The notes under the pieces were generated by a model that was given only the letters and a program-made list of their open reading frames with translations, was not told where the DNA came from and did no database searches. Below are positions 12,073-25,405 of a DNA stretch of 64,000 bases, piece by piece. Each line of letters begins with the position of its first letter. Position 1 is the first letter of the stretch. Where the stretch lies: contig NC_042997.1 in NCBI RefSeq assembly GCF_006345805.1, positions 159,588,001 through 159,652,000 on the forward strand, given 5' to 3'. Source of the DNA: Octopus sinensis. Lineage: Eukaryota. The translations under genes and the position numbers were made by a program.

Positions 12073-15000
12073 AAGAGCTCAAAATGGACCACCGACCATA
12101 CCTCCCAAGAATCAAAATAAACGAAATAACAACACCTATTATAAACAGCATAAACCTAGCCGTCACTGAACTGATAGCCACTGAATAAAAAAAAAGTGAT
12201 ATCACTGAGCTGAATGACCTAATATACGCAGCAGCCACTGCAGCCACTGCAGCCACTGCAGCCACAAAAGAAGCTGGATACTCACCCAAACCCGCTCAAA
12301 CAGGAGTACCACCACCCAAACAAACCCTGTGGATAAATAACATCCAAAACAAAATTAAAAAAAATTAGAAAAGACCTGTCGATTCTTAATGAAATCAGCA
12401 AACAATCAACGCTACTGAGCAACAAAAAGAGAACAAAAATACTCCGCAAATATAACATCACAGAGAAAGATTTGCCTGAAATAAAAGAAAAGCTGAAGCA
12501 AGATATCCTTGCCAAAGCACAAAGGATCCGCCGGTACGAGAAACGCCAACGCTTCTTTGAACAAAACAAAAAGTTCAACTCCAACCCCAAAAACTGGGCA
12601 AAAATAAAATAGAAGTTACTGCAGCACCAACGGCAGAAGAATTGGAAGAATTCTGGAGAGAAATATGGTCGGCGAACGAACCACCAAAAAAAAGGAGTAT
12701 CAAAATAACAAACTCGACATCTGAACAACTTTGGACCCCCATAACAACCGAAGAGGTCACCCAGGCACTGCAAAGACTAAGCAACTGGAAGGCACCTGGG
12801 CATGACAAGATCCCCAACTTCTGGTTGAAATATCTAACAGGAATGCACAAAAAGCTGGCTGAAAACTTTAACAACGTACTAGCAGAGCCAGAGAAAATGC
12901 CTGAATGGCTCACGAAGGGGAAAACCATCTTAATTCCCAATCAAATGAAACAGAAAAACCAGAAACTACAGACCAATAACCTGCCTCCCTACTATGTTCA
13001 AGGCATTTACTGCAGTGATATCACAAAGGCTGAACAAGCACCTGGACGAAAACAAACTGTTCCCAGAAGAGCAGAAAGGATGCCGCAAAGGCTCATATGG
13101 CTGTAAAGATCAACTAATGATTAATAAAGCCATAACTGAAGACAGCCACAGAAAGAAGAAAGGCCTCAGTATGGCCTGGATTGACTACAAAAAGGCGTTG
13201 ATAGATCATCCCCCCCACACATGGATCCTTGAAACACTAGCCATTACAAAGTAGCACAACAATCATAAAATTCATAGAGCACTCTATGAATAAATGGCCA
13301 AACAGTCCTACACCTCCAACAAAGAGGACTCATGAAAACCAAAGACATCCCCATTAGAAGAGGAATATTCCAGGGAGACACACTCTCTCCACTCCTTTTC
13401 TGCTTGGCTCTGTCACCTCTATCTGATATGCTAAATAGAACTGGATGCCGATATAAATGTTACGGCAAACGATCAGCCACCTTTTATATATGGATGACCT
13501 AAAACTATACGCTGCAAATGACAAACAGCTGGAAACACTATTAAAGACAGTTCATGGATTTACCAAAGAAATAGATATGAAATTTGGATTAGAAAATGCG
13601 CCAAAGTAACCCTGAAAAGAGGAAAACTAGTTAAGAGTACCACAACATCACACTAGATAAAACCAATGAAATAAAAGAACTAGACCAAAGCCAAACTTAC
13701 AAATACTTAGGAATCCATGAACTAGATAAGACCACAACACCACAAATGAAAGAAAATAAAAAAAGAATATTATAGACGAGTTAGATCAATACTAAACACA
13801 GAGCTCAATGCTAAAAACAAGATAATAGGTATCAACACTTTAGCTGTCCCAGTAATAATTACAGCTACAATATCCTTACTGGACATGAATGAACTGACCA
13901 AAATAGATAGGAAACAAGAAAAATAATGACAGGATCTAGGATGCATCACCCAAAATCTGACATAGAAAGACTATATATACAACGTATAGAAGGTGGTAGA
14001 GGCCTTATACAGCTGGAAAACTACTATAAAATAACCACCATAGGCTGCAAAAATATCTACTTCAGAAGGAAGGAAAACTGATCCAGATAGCGGCAAAACA
14101 CGAGCAAAACAAAAACTGTTCTCAGTATTTAAGGAAGCTGACAAATACAAACAAGAAATCATACCACCTAATAAACATGAAGAAGAAGAAGAAGAAGATG
14201 AAGAAACAACAAAAGCTATAAAACAAATGAAATCCAAACTAAAAATAGAACAGCAACGAACCATGATAAAACGATGGCAAGAAAGCCCCTTCATGGTAAA
14301 TACTGCACTAAACTAAACGCAAAAGAAATAGACAAAGAAAATCCCAGCAATGGTTGAGAAGCTCAGGACTCAAAGCAGAAACAGAGGGATTTTTAATTGC
14401 AGCACAAGACCAAGCCTCCCCACCAGAAATTACCAAAAACATGTAATGAAAAGAAATATTACAAGTAACTGCAGAATATGTGGAGATGGACAAGAAACAA
14501 TAAATCATATTATCTCTAGCTGCCCAGTCTTGGCTAAGAAGGAATATATTCACAGACATGACAGAGTTGGAACCTACATACATTGGAAGCTATGCCAACA
14601 TTATGGAATAACAACAGAAAAAAGATTGTATAGGCACACACCAGAAAAGGTCACAGAAAACGAGAAAGCAACCATACTCTGGGATATGCCGATACACACA
14701 GATACAGAAATTAAGGCCAACAGACCAGATATAGTTGTCAGAGATCATGAAGGAAAAAAATGCTTTCTAATTGATGTATCAATACCGGCTGATGACAACG
14801 TGTCTCTAAAAGAAATGGAGAAACTCTCAAAATACAAAGACCTGGAAATAGAGGTAACTAGAATGTGGAATCTGAAAACAGAAACAATTCCTATCATAGT
14901 AGGTGCATTAGGCATGATAAAAAAATATTCAGACAAATACATAACAAAAACACCAGGACTTACAAACACATATAACATACAGAAAATTGCACTACTAGGC

Positions 15001-15140
15001 ACTGCACACATCCTACGCAGAACACTTTCCATACAATAACCATCAGAGCATCACAACAAATCACAGCACATACCCAAGGCACACAGAGCTGTGCTCGGTA
15101 GTGAAGTGAAAGCACGCTATAAAAATAAAACTACTGAATA
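12073..15140 (+). mobile_element. ~3-kb 5'-truncated R4/Dong family A element with frameshifts (RT, CCHC, RLE)
   Basis: NWKAPGHDKIPNFWLK, EEQKGCRKGSYGCKDQLMINK, AWIDYKKA, GIFQGDTLSPLLF, HLLYMDDLKLY, CRICGDGQETINHIISSC, ANRPDIVV, LIDVSIP; flanked by (AAT)n on both sides. Confidence 0.92.
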
Positions 15141-15185
15141 ATAATGATAATAATAATAATAATAATAATTGTTATTATTATTATA

Positions 15186-15965
15186 GTCAACAAAAAACAT
15201 CACAGAAGCAAATAATTTGATCAAGGCAGCAAGTATTGTTGTAGCAGAAAATGTAGGTGTTGATGTCAAGAAAAGAAATATAATGAGAGTGACAAAAGAA
15301 AAGATCCATGGTGGGAAAAAGAATACAGGCGGGGTTAGATATGTTCTCAAAGGACATTTCAGTGTTAGACCACAAAGAGACGGGGGAGCTTAAAAGCGAA
15401 CAAAAATAAAAGGCACTGAACAGGAAGTATGATTTTGAAAGAAAGGGCCTAAAAGTGGCAATGGAGGAACTGAAATAGAGCCTCATTGCAAAGAAAGCAA
15501 AGATGGTAAGATACAACAAAAGAATGAAGGGATACCAGCAGAATAGGTTATTCAGATTAGATCAGAAGAGATTCTACAAAGAAATAAATGGAGAGGGTAC
15601 AGATGAAAAGTTAATATCAGATAACATTGAAAGTTAAAGGTTTTGGAGTGACATCTGGAGCAAAGACAAGGAGCGCAAGAAAAATGCTGAATGGTTGCAA
15701 GAACTGAAACAAACAGTAGTCTGTCCAAAACAAGCAGAACTAATCATTTCAGTTAGGGAAGTGAAGGAAATCAGCAAAAGAAAAAAAAAAAAAATGGAAG
15801 GCCCCGGGACCAGATGGAGTTCAAGGCTACTGGATCAAAATACTTCGTGAATGTCATGCATGAATAGCTGCACAACTCAACATCTTGTTAAATGTCGACC
15901 AAGTAACACAAGACTGGTTGACAATGGGTAGGACAGTGCTGTGCTTGAAATACATTGAAAAAGCA
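15186..15965 (+). mobile_element. Internal fragment of another R4-clade element (pre-RT region)
   Basis: KEELK*SLIAKKAKMVRYNKR..GYQQNRLFRLDQKRFYKEING, WKAPGPDGVQGYWIK; sits between (AAT)n tracts. Confidence 0.75.
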
Positions 15966-15966
15966 A

Positions 15967-16032
<66 letters not shown>

Positions 16033-16349
16033 CAAAAGATTGTCTTAACTGGTACATCACACGTATTGAGAAGAGCATTGTCGATGTGAGAACTATTACT
16101 ACCCATGTATTTTAATTTAACTTAAAAAAAAAATGAACGAACTAGTGAGTTTAGTTTAATGGCCTACCAATGTTTACTATGAGTTTCTTTGCCCTAGGAG
16201 TCGGGAAGACACTCGGCAAGAAATGGAAGCAAATTTGAAAGAAGAAAAAGAAAGGAAGAAAAAAAAATAATAATGATAATAATAATAATAATCATAATGA
16301 TGATAATGATGATGGTGATGGTGATGATGATGATGATGATGATGATGAT

Positions 16350-16600
16350 ATTGAATTTGCAAGAATTTGGAGTATGAAAAGAGTAATGGTTGCGCCTATG
16401 ATAATTGGTGCATTGGGAACTGTAAGGTAAGATATTGACAAATGGTTGAAGGAGATTGGAATAGAGTTTCTACAGAAAGTTTGCCTCTTATAGGGACAGG
16501 AAAGATTATCAGGAGGGTTCTAAGCCCTTGAAAAACTATTGAAAGCTAATAGATACCTCAGGTTACATGTAATAACCCGCTACCCTAATAAATCCTACCA
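16350..16600 (+). mobile_element. 3' end fragment of an R4-clade element
   Basis: ARIWSMKRVMVAPMIIGALGTV..DIDKWLKEIGIEFLQKVCL..GKIIRRVL; preceded by (AAT/GAT)n and followed by (ACC/ACT/AAT)n. Confidence 0.7.
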
Positions 16601-16655
16601 GGAATAAGAACGGACCTGGGTCAAATTATCACCACCACCACCACCACCACCACCA

Positions 16656-16706
<51 letters not shown>

Positions 16707-16827
16707 ATAATAATAATAATAATAATAATGATAATAATGAAGGGGTAAGAGATAAAGAATATTGTGCTGAAACGTACAAGTTTCTGCAAGCTGAATGATT
16801 ATCTCTGTGGTTTCTATTTCTTTTCAG

Positions 16828-17066
16828 GTACGTTGCGAGATGAATGGTTCCATTTTGGATTATGTAAAGACGATAGTAAGAACGCCTATGTATGGCAGAA
16901 TGGAGAAGCTCTTACATTTTCTTCCTGGCAGCCTGGTGGTCCTGACAACTATCAAAACTCACAGAAGTGTGCAGATTTAGATCCAAACAATAATTATGGA
17001 TGGAATGATATTTTTTGCGATCAACAGAACTCTGGGATACAAATTTGTGAAATAGTTGTTCAATAA
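16828..17066 (+). CDS. Exon 3 of the PAN-CTLD gene (C-terminal half of the C-type lectin domain)
   Basis: Acceptor TTTCTTTTCAG ending 16827, phase 1. Reads (S)TLRDEWFHFGLCKDDSKNAYVWQNGEALTFSSWQPGGPDNYQNSQKCADLDPNNNYGWNDIFCDQQNSGIQICEIVVQ*. The three exons total 774 nt = 257 aa + stop; AATAAA overlaps the stop. Confidence 0.9.
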
Positions 17067-17708
17067 AATGCATGGTTAAAAGGACAGTAATCACACACAC
17101 TCGCGAGATGGGACGCATAGACATATAAAGAATTTGCACTGATCTAACTCCACTTTTAAGGATTTATACTTCTTAAAACTTAATTTATATTTCAAAGCAA
17201 GTAAACAAGCCATAAAGAATACAAAACGAAAATATCATTTACATCAACAAGAATTTTCTCTCCTAAAACTTATCTTTCATAAATTTTTCAGATACGTATA
17301 CACTCACGCATGCACTCACGCAGGCACGCAGGCACGCACACACATTTATATAAGATTTACTTGGGAGTGGTATCTTTAAGAGAAACGCGTCAATGTAAAT
17401 TTTCTTGATCTTTTTGGAAAGTCCCTTTCAGCGCTCAATCAGATGAGTTCAAATATACGAAATGTATATTCAGTATAGAGCAAAAGTCCAAGGTCAGGTA
17501 GGGTGTAAAGTAAGGGTATTTCCAGAGAAGCACTCGACCTAATATCTAAAACCGCAAACATTAAGTAAATTTTCACATAAAGTAAATTTTTATGTAAACT
17601 GGCGTTGCAAATAAAGTTGGTACAGAAACAACTGTAATGAATCATTAAAGATGTGTTAAAGAATTTTTCATATCTTCTTATCATTTCGTACACACACACA
17701 CACACACA

Positions 17709-17750
<42 letters not shown>

Positions 17751-19519
17751 GCATACATGTATAGAATACATACATTATTAAAGTCGTAAAAACTTCACAA
17801 ACTGTTATTCAGTTTTACGTAATCGTTCGTACGACTGTTGTGATAGAGCAGAATAATGAAATTTTGCAAATTGTGAGTATATATAGTAGCATGTAGATAC
17901 AGGTTCAACGAATAAACATTTGAATCCGATTAGGTTACTAATTTGAAAAATAATGGTCCATAAATATCTGCAAGTGAGGTTATATAGTAGTAGACAAATA
18001 AGTATAAACAATACTTGAATAAAAAACGTTGTGCAAAAAAGGGGTGAAAATACTTTTAAAAATATAGAAAAGTTAAGAAATAAATATTGCAAATGGTTAA
18101 AAAAAAGCATTACACTGGGGAACATGATTTCTGTTGTCTGGTGTTGGAGACATGTTACCTAGAAATTTTGAGGTGCTGATTTCAAACATGAAATCCATTT
18201 TGCTCTATCGTATCAAAATTTATCACAAACTCAGATATCCATTTTTCAACATCTCTGGTATTGTCACAATTCCTAAGGATAGATTTTGGTATCATCAAAT
18301 GCATTCCCAAGTATGGAGCTTGACATGACTTTGAAAACAGTTTTTCAATATCATTTAAAGTACATTCACCTACAAAATTGAAAACAAAAGTCATGATTTA
18401 GGGATCTTCAGTAAATAAAAGGCATCAAACTTGAGTAGCTTTCTCTATTTTCAATCCAACCAGTATTAAATGCCATTATATGGACAGAAATATCTTATAT
18501 ACAATTAGATGTTAATAAACAACACATTTCTGTGGTCCTTGACGTCATACTTGTCTCATATTTGTGGAATTCGTCTGCAGATATTCCCACACTGTGCTTA
18601 ATTTAGTGTGAATATCATTGCAAACGAGCTAAGACATGTTTTGTTGAACCTTTAACTATTTCTTACAAAAATTTGTAGTTTGAATGTGCCCTTAATGTTT
18701 TAATTGTCAGGTCACATGGGTCAAGATCACTTTTTGTCAAGCATGGTCAAAGAGCTATAGAAAGAACTTCATGGTATGGAACTTCACAATCAATAATCTG
18801 CATTTGCTCACTTAATAACTGTTGGCAATTCTGAAAATACTTTTCCCAGGTGACAACTGACTTGAAAAACGTTTTGTCTTTCAGAAATATGGCCAGTTGT
18901 GGGAGAAGAAAATGCAAAAACAGTCCCGATGTCTTCTGCTATATTTGTGGCAGCGAAACAAAATCAGATTTTGTGATGAAAGCTTACCTTACTTAATTTG
19001 GCATAAAATTGAGCGATCAAGATAAAGCCTGGGCAATCCATATTGTTTCTAAAATTTGTTGAAACATTAAGACAGTGTCTGTTTCAAATACTTAGGCAGA
19101 AAGTTTCCCGTTTTGCCTTGTGGGACAATTAAGGTTGGTGTATTTGATGGTCCACAAAAAAACTGTCCATGGGCAGTTCTTGGAGACCATGTCTGATGTT
19201 GAAAGAAAAAAAAAACCATGGTATTTTTTTTCCTGCATTTGTGTCTGATTTGCTGGAAACTGGAAGTCATCAAATTATGAAGAACTTGTGCAGACCCTGT
19301 TAACCAATTTTTGAGCACTGGTTTGTAAGATGAGTGTAAAAGTGCATTTCCTGCACAGACAACTGGACTACTTCCCTGAAAATCATAGTGTAATATGTGA
19401 TGAGCAAGAGGAATGATTCCACCTAGACTTCAACATCATGGAGATTAGGTATCAAAGAAGGTGAAATACAAATATGATAGCTGACTAAAGCTGGTCTCTG
19501 CAAAGAGACTGTCATGATG

Positions 19520-19841
19520 CAATTTCTTTACGCTGTGTGGTAAGTAGCTTGCTTACCAACCAAATGATTCCGGGTTCAGTCCCACTGCGTGGCACCTTGG
19601 GCAGGTGTCTTCTACTATAGCCTTGTGAGTGGATTTGGTAGACGGAAAGTAAAAGACGTCCATCGTATATGTTGTTTCTCTCCTTGTTTTTTTTTCTGTG
19701 TATCTTTCTGTAGAAGAGCGTAGGCTCGAAACGTAAAAGACTTTTTCTATTCCTGAGCGCTATACTAATACATCTGTTTGTTTCTACACCACCTGCGTTT
19801 GTCTTTTGTTTACTTTTGTAAATTCCCTTTATATATATATA

Positions 19842-19884
<43 letters not shown>

Positions 19885-20105
19885 ATATATATATATATAT
19901 AATGTTTGTGTGTGTGTTTGTCTCCTATCATCGCTGACAACCGATGCTGATGTGTTTACGTTCCCGTAAGTTAGCGGTTCGGCAAAAGAGTCCGATAGAA
20001 TAAGTACTAGGCTTACAAAGTCCTGGGATCGATTTGTTCGACTAAAGGCGGTTCCCCAGTGTGGCCGAAGTCAAATGACTGAAAAAAAAGAGTAAAGCAA
20101 TAAAG
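19520..20105 (+). mobile_element. tRNA-derived SINE (family 3) nested in the Chapaev3-like element, itself interrupted
   Basis: Head TGTGTGGTAAGTAGCTTGCTTACCAACC..TTCCGGGTTCAGTCCC and tail ..CAAATGACTGAAA..AAGAGTAAAG; homologous to minus copy 46891-47296. Confidence 0.8.
19703..19740 (+). ncRNA. Minimal type I hammerhead-like motif (variant core) in a PLE pLTR fragment
   Basis: UCUUU-[CUGUAGA]-A-GAGC(GUAG)GCUC-[GAAA]-CG-[UA]-AAAGA: 5-bp stem I, 4-bp stem II, A6U core change. Confidence 0.65.
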
Positions 20106-20542
20106 AGAAAGTTCACATCTTGAGTAGCTGTAACTCCAGTTTGAAAGAAATATTTATCTTAATTTGTGTAATTAAACGAATTGTGTAATATTTTTGTTAA
20201 ATTATAAAACGTATTATTTTGTTTGTGTTAGTTTCTTATTTCAGTATTGCATCTAATGGAAAAATTGATATTATTTGGTAAAAAATGAAATCCTGTTTAG
20301 TAAAAAACTTGATATGATAGAAAATTTCTAAGGGTATTTCTGAACCCAGCACCATCAAATTAGGTAGGACTAATTGTAAAAAGCGAGACAACTAAAATTC
20401 TTTTAAATGTTCCCCTGTATTATAGAAGTAAGATGTGGGTGTTTAAATTGAAATTAAAATGAAAATTAAAGATTAAAAGTTACAGTTGAGATTAAAACAA
20501 GTGAAAGAATAAAAATAGGTAATATATATATATGAATAGGTA

Positions 20543-20574
<32 letters not shown>

Positions 20575-20611
20575 ATGAATAGGTAATATATATATATATG
20601 TATATAGTAGG

Positions 20612-20660
<49 letters not shown>

Positions 20661-20748
20661 TATTAGAGACAAAACCACTATTTTGCAAAACAAACAAGGA
20701 AAGACTTAATCAATACATAAAATTTTAATAAATAGTAAAAAAAAACCG

Positions 20749-20791
20749 CCACTACAATCGTTTCTTGTCTTGATCGACAATCTTCAGGTGG
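20749..20791 (-). ncRNA. Type I hammerhead ribozyme, canonical core (left palindrome arm)
   Basis: Reverse complement of 21141-21183. Confidence 0.85.
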
Positions 20792-21140
20792 ACTTCCAAT
20801 CTAAAAAATCAAAATTTAAAATATAAAAATAATAATAATTTTAAAATAATTAAAGTATGAATGAAAAAATATAATTATATAATCCATATATAACCTATAT
20901 ATAATCCATATATAATCAATATATAAACAATATATAAACTAAAAAAACCTATCAACAAATAAATTAATTTATTTGTTGATAGGTTTTTTTAGTTTATATA
21001 TTGTTTATATATTGATTATATATGGATTATATATAGGTTATATATGGATTATATAATTATATTTTTTCATTCATACTTTAATTATTTTAAAATTATTATT
21101 ATTTTTATATTTTAAAATTTTGATTTTTTAGATTGGAAGT

Positions 21141-21183
21141 CCACCTGAAGATTGTCGATCAAGACAAGAAACGATTGTAGTGG
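21141..21183 (+). ncRNA. Type I hammerhead ribozyme, canonical core (right palindrome arm)
   Basis: CCAC-[CUGAAGA]-UUGUC(GAUCAA)GACAA-[GAAA]-C(GAUU)G-[UA]-GUGG; GUA cleavage triplet; minimal, near-palindromic stem III as in PLE hammerheads. Confidence 0.85.
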
Positions 21184-21360
21184 CGGTTTTTTTGACTATT
21201 TATTAAAATTTTATGTATTGATTAAGTCTTTCCTTGTTTGTTTTGCAAAATAGTGGTTTTGTCTCTAAAATATTTTATAATATTTTACTATAAAATTGGA
21301 TTTAATCCTAAATCTGATTTTTTTCCCTGTAAATTTAGATTTATTCCTAATATTTATTAT

Positions 21361-21433
<73 letters not shown>

Positions 21434-21487
21434 GTATATATATATATATATCTATATATATTATATATATATATATATATATTATAA

Positions 21488-21539
<52 letters not shown>

Positions 21540-21611
21540 ATATATATATATAGATATATATATATATATATTATATATATATATATATTATGTACATATA
21601 TAAATTTAAAA

Positions 21612-21979
21612 TTGGCAAAATGTGGAACTTGAAGACTAAAACAATACCTGTTGTCATTGGTGCCTTAGGAATGATAGCAAATGGGCTGATTGCTACCTAC
21701 CTCAGATACCAGGAAATCCAAAAATGGCAGATATTCAAATAATAGTACTCATGGGAACTGGCCGTATCATACTTAAAATACTGTCTGTGTAATCTCAAAT
21801 TTTAAAACAAATTTATAATTTTCGTATGTTTTCTTAAACATTCTCTTGTACAATACTTTGTGCAAGGCCAAATATATGGCACCCTAGTCATAACATCAAC
21901 AGAAACCTCTACGTTGTTTCACGAGGTGTCTGGGTGAGACTTGGAGTCAACTTGTACAAATACAAAGCAAAAGTCAAAC

Positions 21980-21985
<6 letters not shown>
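21612..21985 (+). mobile_element. 3' end fragment of an R4-clade element plus 3' UTR
   Basis: KMWNLKTKTIPVVIGALGMIA..GNPKMADIQIIVLMGTGRIILKILSV*; followed by (AAT)n. Confidence 0.8.
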
Positions 21986-22051
<66 letters not shown>

Positions 22052-22055
<4 letters not shown>

Positions 22056-22272
22056 CGGGATGGGCTACTCAACCTGAAGAAAATTCTAACTGGGCCCCAC
22101 CTGCAAGGTCATGTGCTGTTTATCTTGATATGAGATCACCATGTCGCGCACATATGGTTGTGATGCATGTGCCTGGTGTACCTTTATTAGACGGGTTGTC
22201 ATGATGGGTATATTGGGCTTCGTATATTTTACCCCAGTGTCACTTTGATGGCATGAACTGCTCTCTCACTCA
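22052..22272 (+). mobile_element. 3' portion of a non-LTR/SINE-type element ending in an (AAT)n tail
   Basis: Non-coding segment embedded between (AAT)n tracts, ending ..GGCATGAACTGCTCTCTCACTC-AATAATAAT; family recognised only loosely. Confidence 0.45.
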
Positions 22273-22322
22273 ATAATAATAATAATAATGATAATAATAA
22301 TAATAGTAATAATAATAATAGC

Positions 22323-22356
<34 letters not shown>

Positions 22357-22398
22357 TCTCTACGAGTATTCATTTGAATATTTACTCATTTTTATATA

Positions 22399-24105
<1,707 letters not shown>

Positions 24106-24418
24106 ACACACACACACACACACACATGTAGCAGTATGTAGTTATGGGTTTACGTTTGCTTTCCTGTGGGTATGTATAAATATCTCATTTATTTCCCCTA
24201 AGTATGCTCTGCTGACAAGGAAAAGCCATTAGGCAAGTCCAGAAACTGGTCAATCCAGAGCTATCTATATTGTTATGAATTTTCTGTTAGCTTGCTTCCC
24301 CTATTTCAACACGTGTGTAACTTTGTGATGATTTTAAAATTGGTTGGACGATTTAGCATCTATTTTCAGCATATAGGCTAGAATTTTTTTATGCCTTTAA
24401 TTATATTTTTATATATGA

Positions 24419-24929
24419 CTAGCAGTATCGCCCGGCGTTGCTCGTGTTTGTAAGGGAAATAACTATATAAGCATTTTTAGAGAGTTACTTCCCTTATAGA
24501 TGCCAATTCGGGCTTTCTTAGCCATTTCTGTTTTGGTGTCTTCAAGCCATGAAGTCGTTGTTCTAAAAGAACGCTGGTCTCCTGACAACGCTTTACGACG
24601 TTGATTTCCTTACACTCCCTTCCCCACAGCTTCACGAGGGAGGAAGAAGGGGGAGAAGCAAACAGGTGCAGGTGTGACCATGGACGCCAACTCCGCCGCC
24701 ATCGACACACGAAAAATTATGCATTAAAATGGAATAAAAAATGATGTTAAATTATTTTTAAAATCGTAGACTCATCGTAGACGCGCGCTAATACTCAGAC
24801 GGGCTCGATATGAATCACGACTATAAGATACCCGAATTTGGTTAAACTGCACCGCAAAATGTTGGAGTAGTTAGGAATCTAAATCGAAGGGGACAGACAC
24901 TCACACAACTACTGTTTTATATATATAGA
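24419..24929 (-). mobile_element. Complete non-autonomous Helitron (511 bp)
   Basis: Minus strand starts TC (TCTATATATATAAAA, 24929), ends with GC-rich hairpin-type GAGCAACGCCGGGC then GATACTG-CTAG (24419); inserted between A and T. Confidence 0.85.
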
Positions 24930-25289
24930 TTATTATAATTGAAAGATTTCTATTCACTTCGGGATAGTCACTTATGTGCTACTTTGACCGAATACACGTG
25001 TGCTGGGGTAAGCTATGAAATTCTATGTTGGAGATATCTGTGGTATTTGTATGTAATAATACAGTTAGAATGTTATTGTTATTTAAGCACTCGTCAAGCA
25101 CATCTAACCTCAAAGTATTCTAGTAATAAACATTCCGTCTTTTTTAAGATGGTAGAGTAGTATCAGAGTGAAATTCGATTTGATTACTACTCGAAGCGGA
25201 TCTTGTGACCAGTTAAAGACTTTCTCGCTGGTTTGTATTAACATTTACTTGTTAGTATCTATTATATATTAAATTATTTCTCCGAGATC

Positions 25290-25405
25290 GTCTTTGTCTT
25301 TCATCCTTTCGGGGTCAATAAAATAATACCAGTTGAACTCTGGGATCGATGCGATCGACTTTCCTATTTCTCAAAATTGTTGGCCTGGAGACCAAGTAAA
25401 AAAAT
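25290..25405 (+). mobile_element. Decayed SINE family 1 core
   Basis: TTTGTCTTTCATCCTTTCGGGGTCAATAAAATAATACCAGTTG..GGGATCGATGCGATCGACT matches the family 1 core. Confidence 0.6.

Larger units (their letters stand above)
18113..20419 (+). mobile_element. Internally deleted Chapaev3-like (CMC) DNA transposon with nested insertions
   Basis: Imperfect TIRs CACTGGGGAACAT (18113) and ATGTTCCCCTGTA (20407-20419); N-terminal MASCGRRKCKNSPDVFCYICG..DFVMKAYL.FGIKLSDQDKAWAIHIV; C-terminal NYEELVQTLL..CKMSVKVHFLH..LDYFPEN..DEQ..FH..MEIRYQ. Family name assigned from recalled motif similarity. Confidence 0.75.
20663..21268. repeat. 606-bp spacerless palindrome (PLE pLTR fold-back), centre 20965/20966
   Basis: Arms compared by eye; differences seen are single-base homopolymer indels plus one substitution; flanked by (TA)n. 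Confidence 0.92.
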
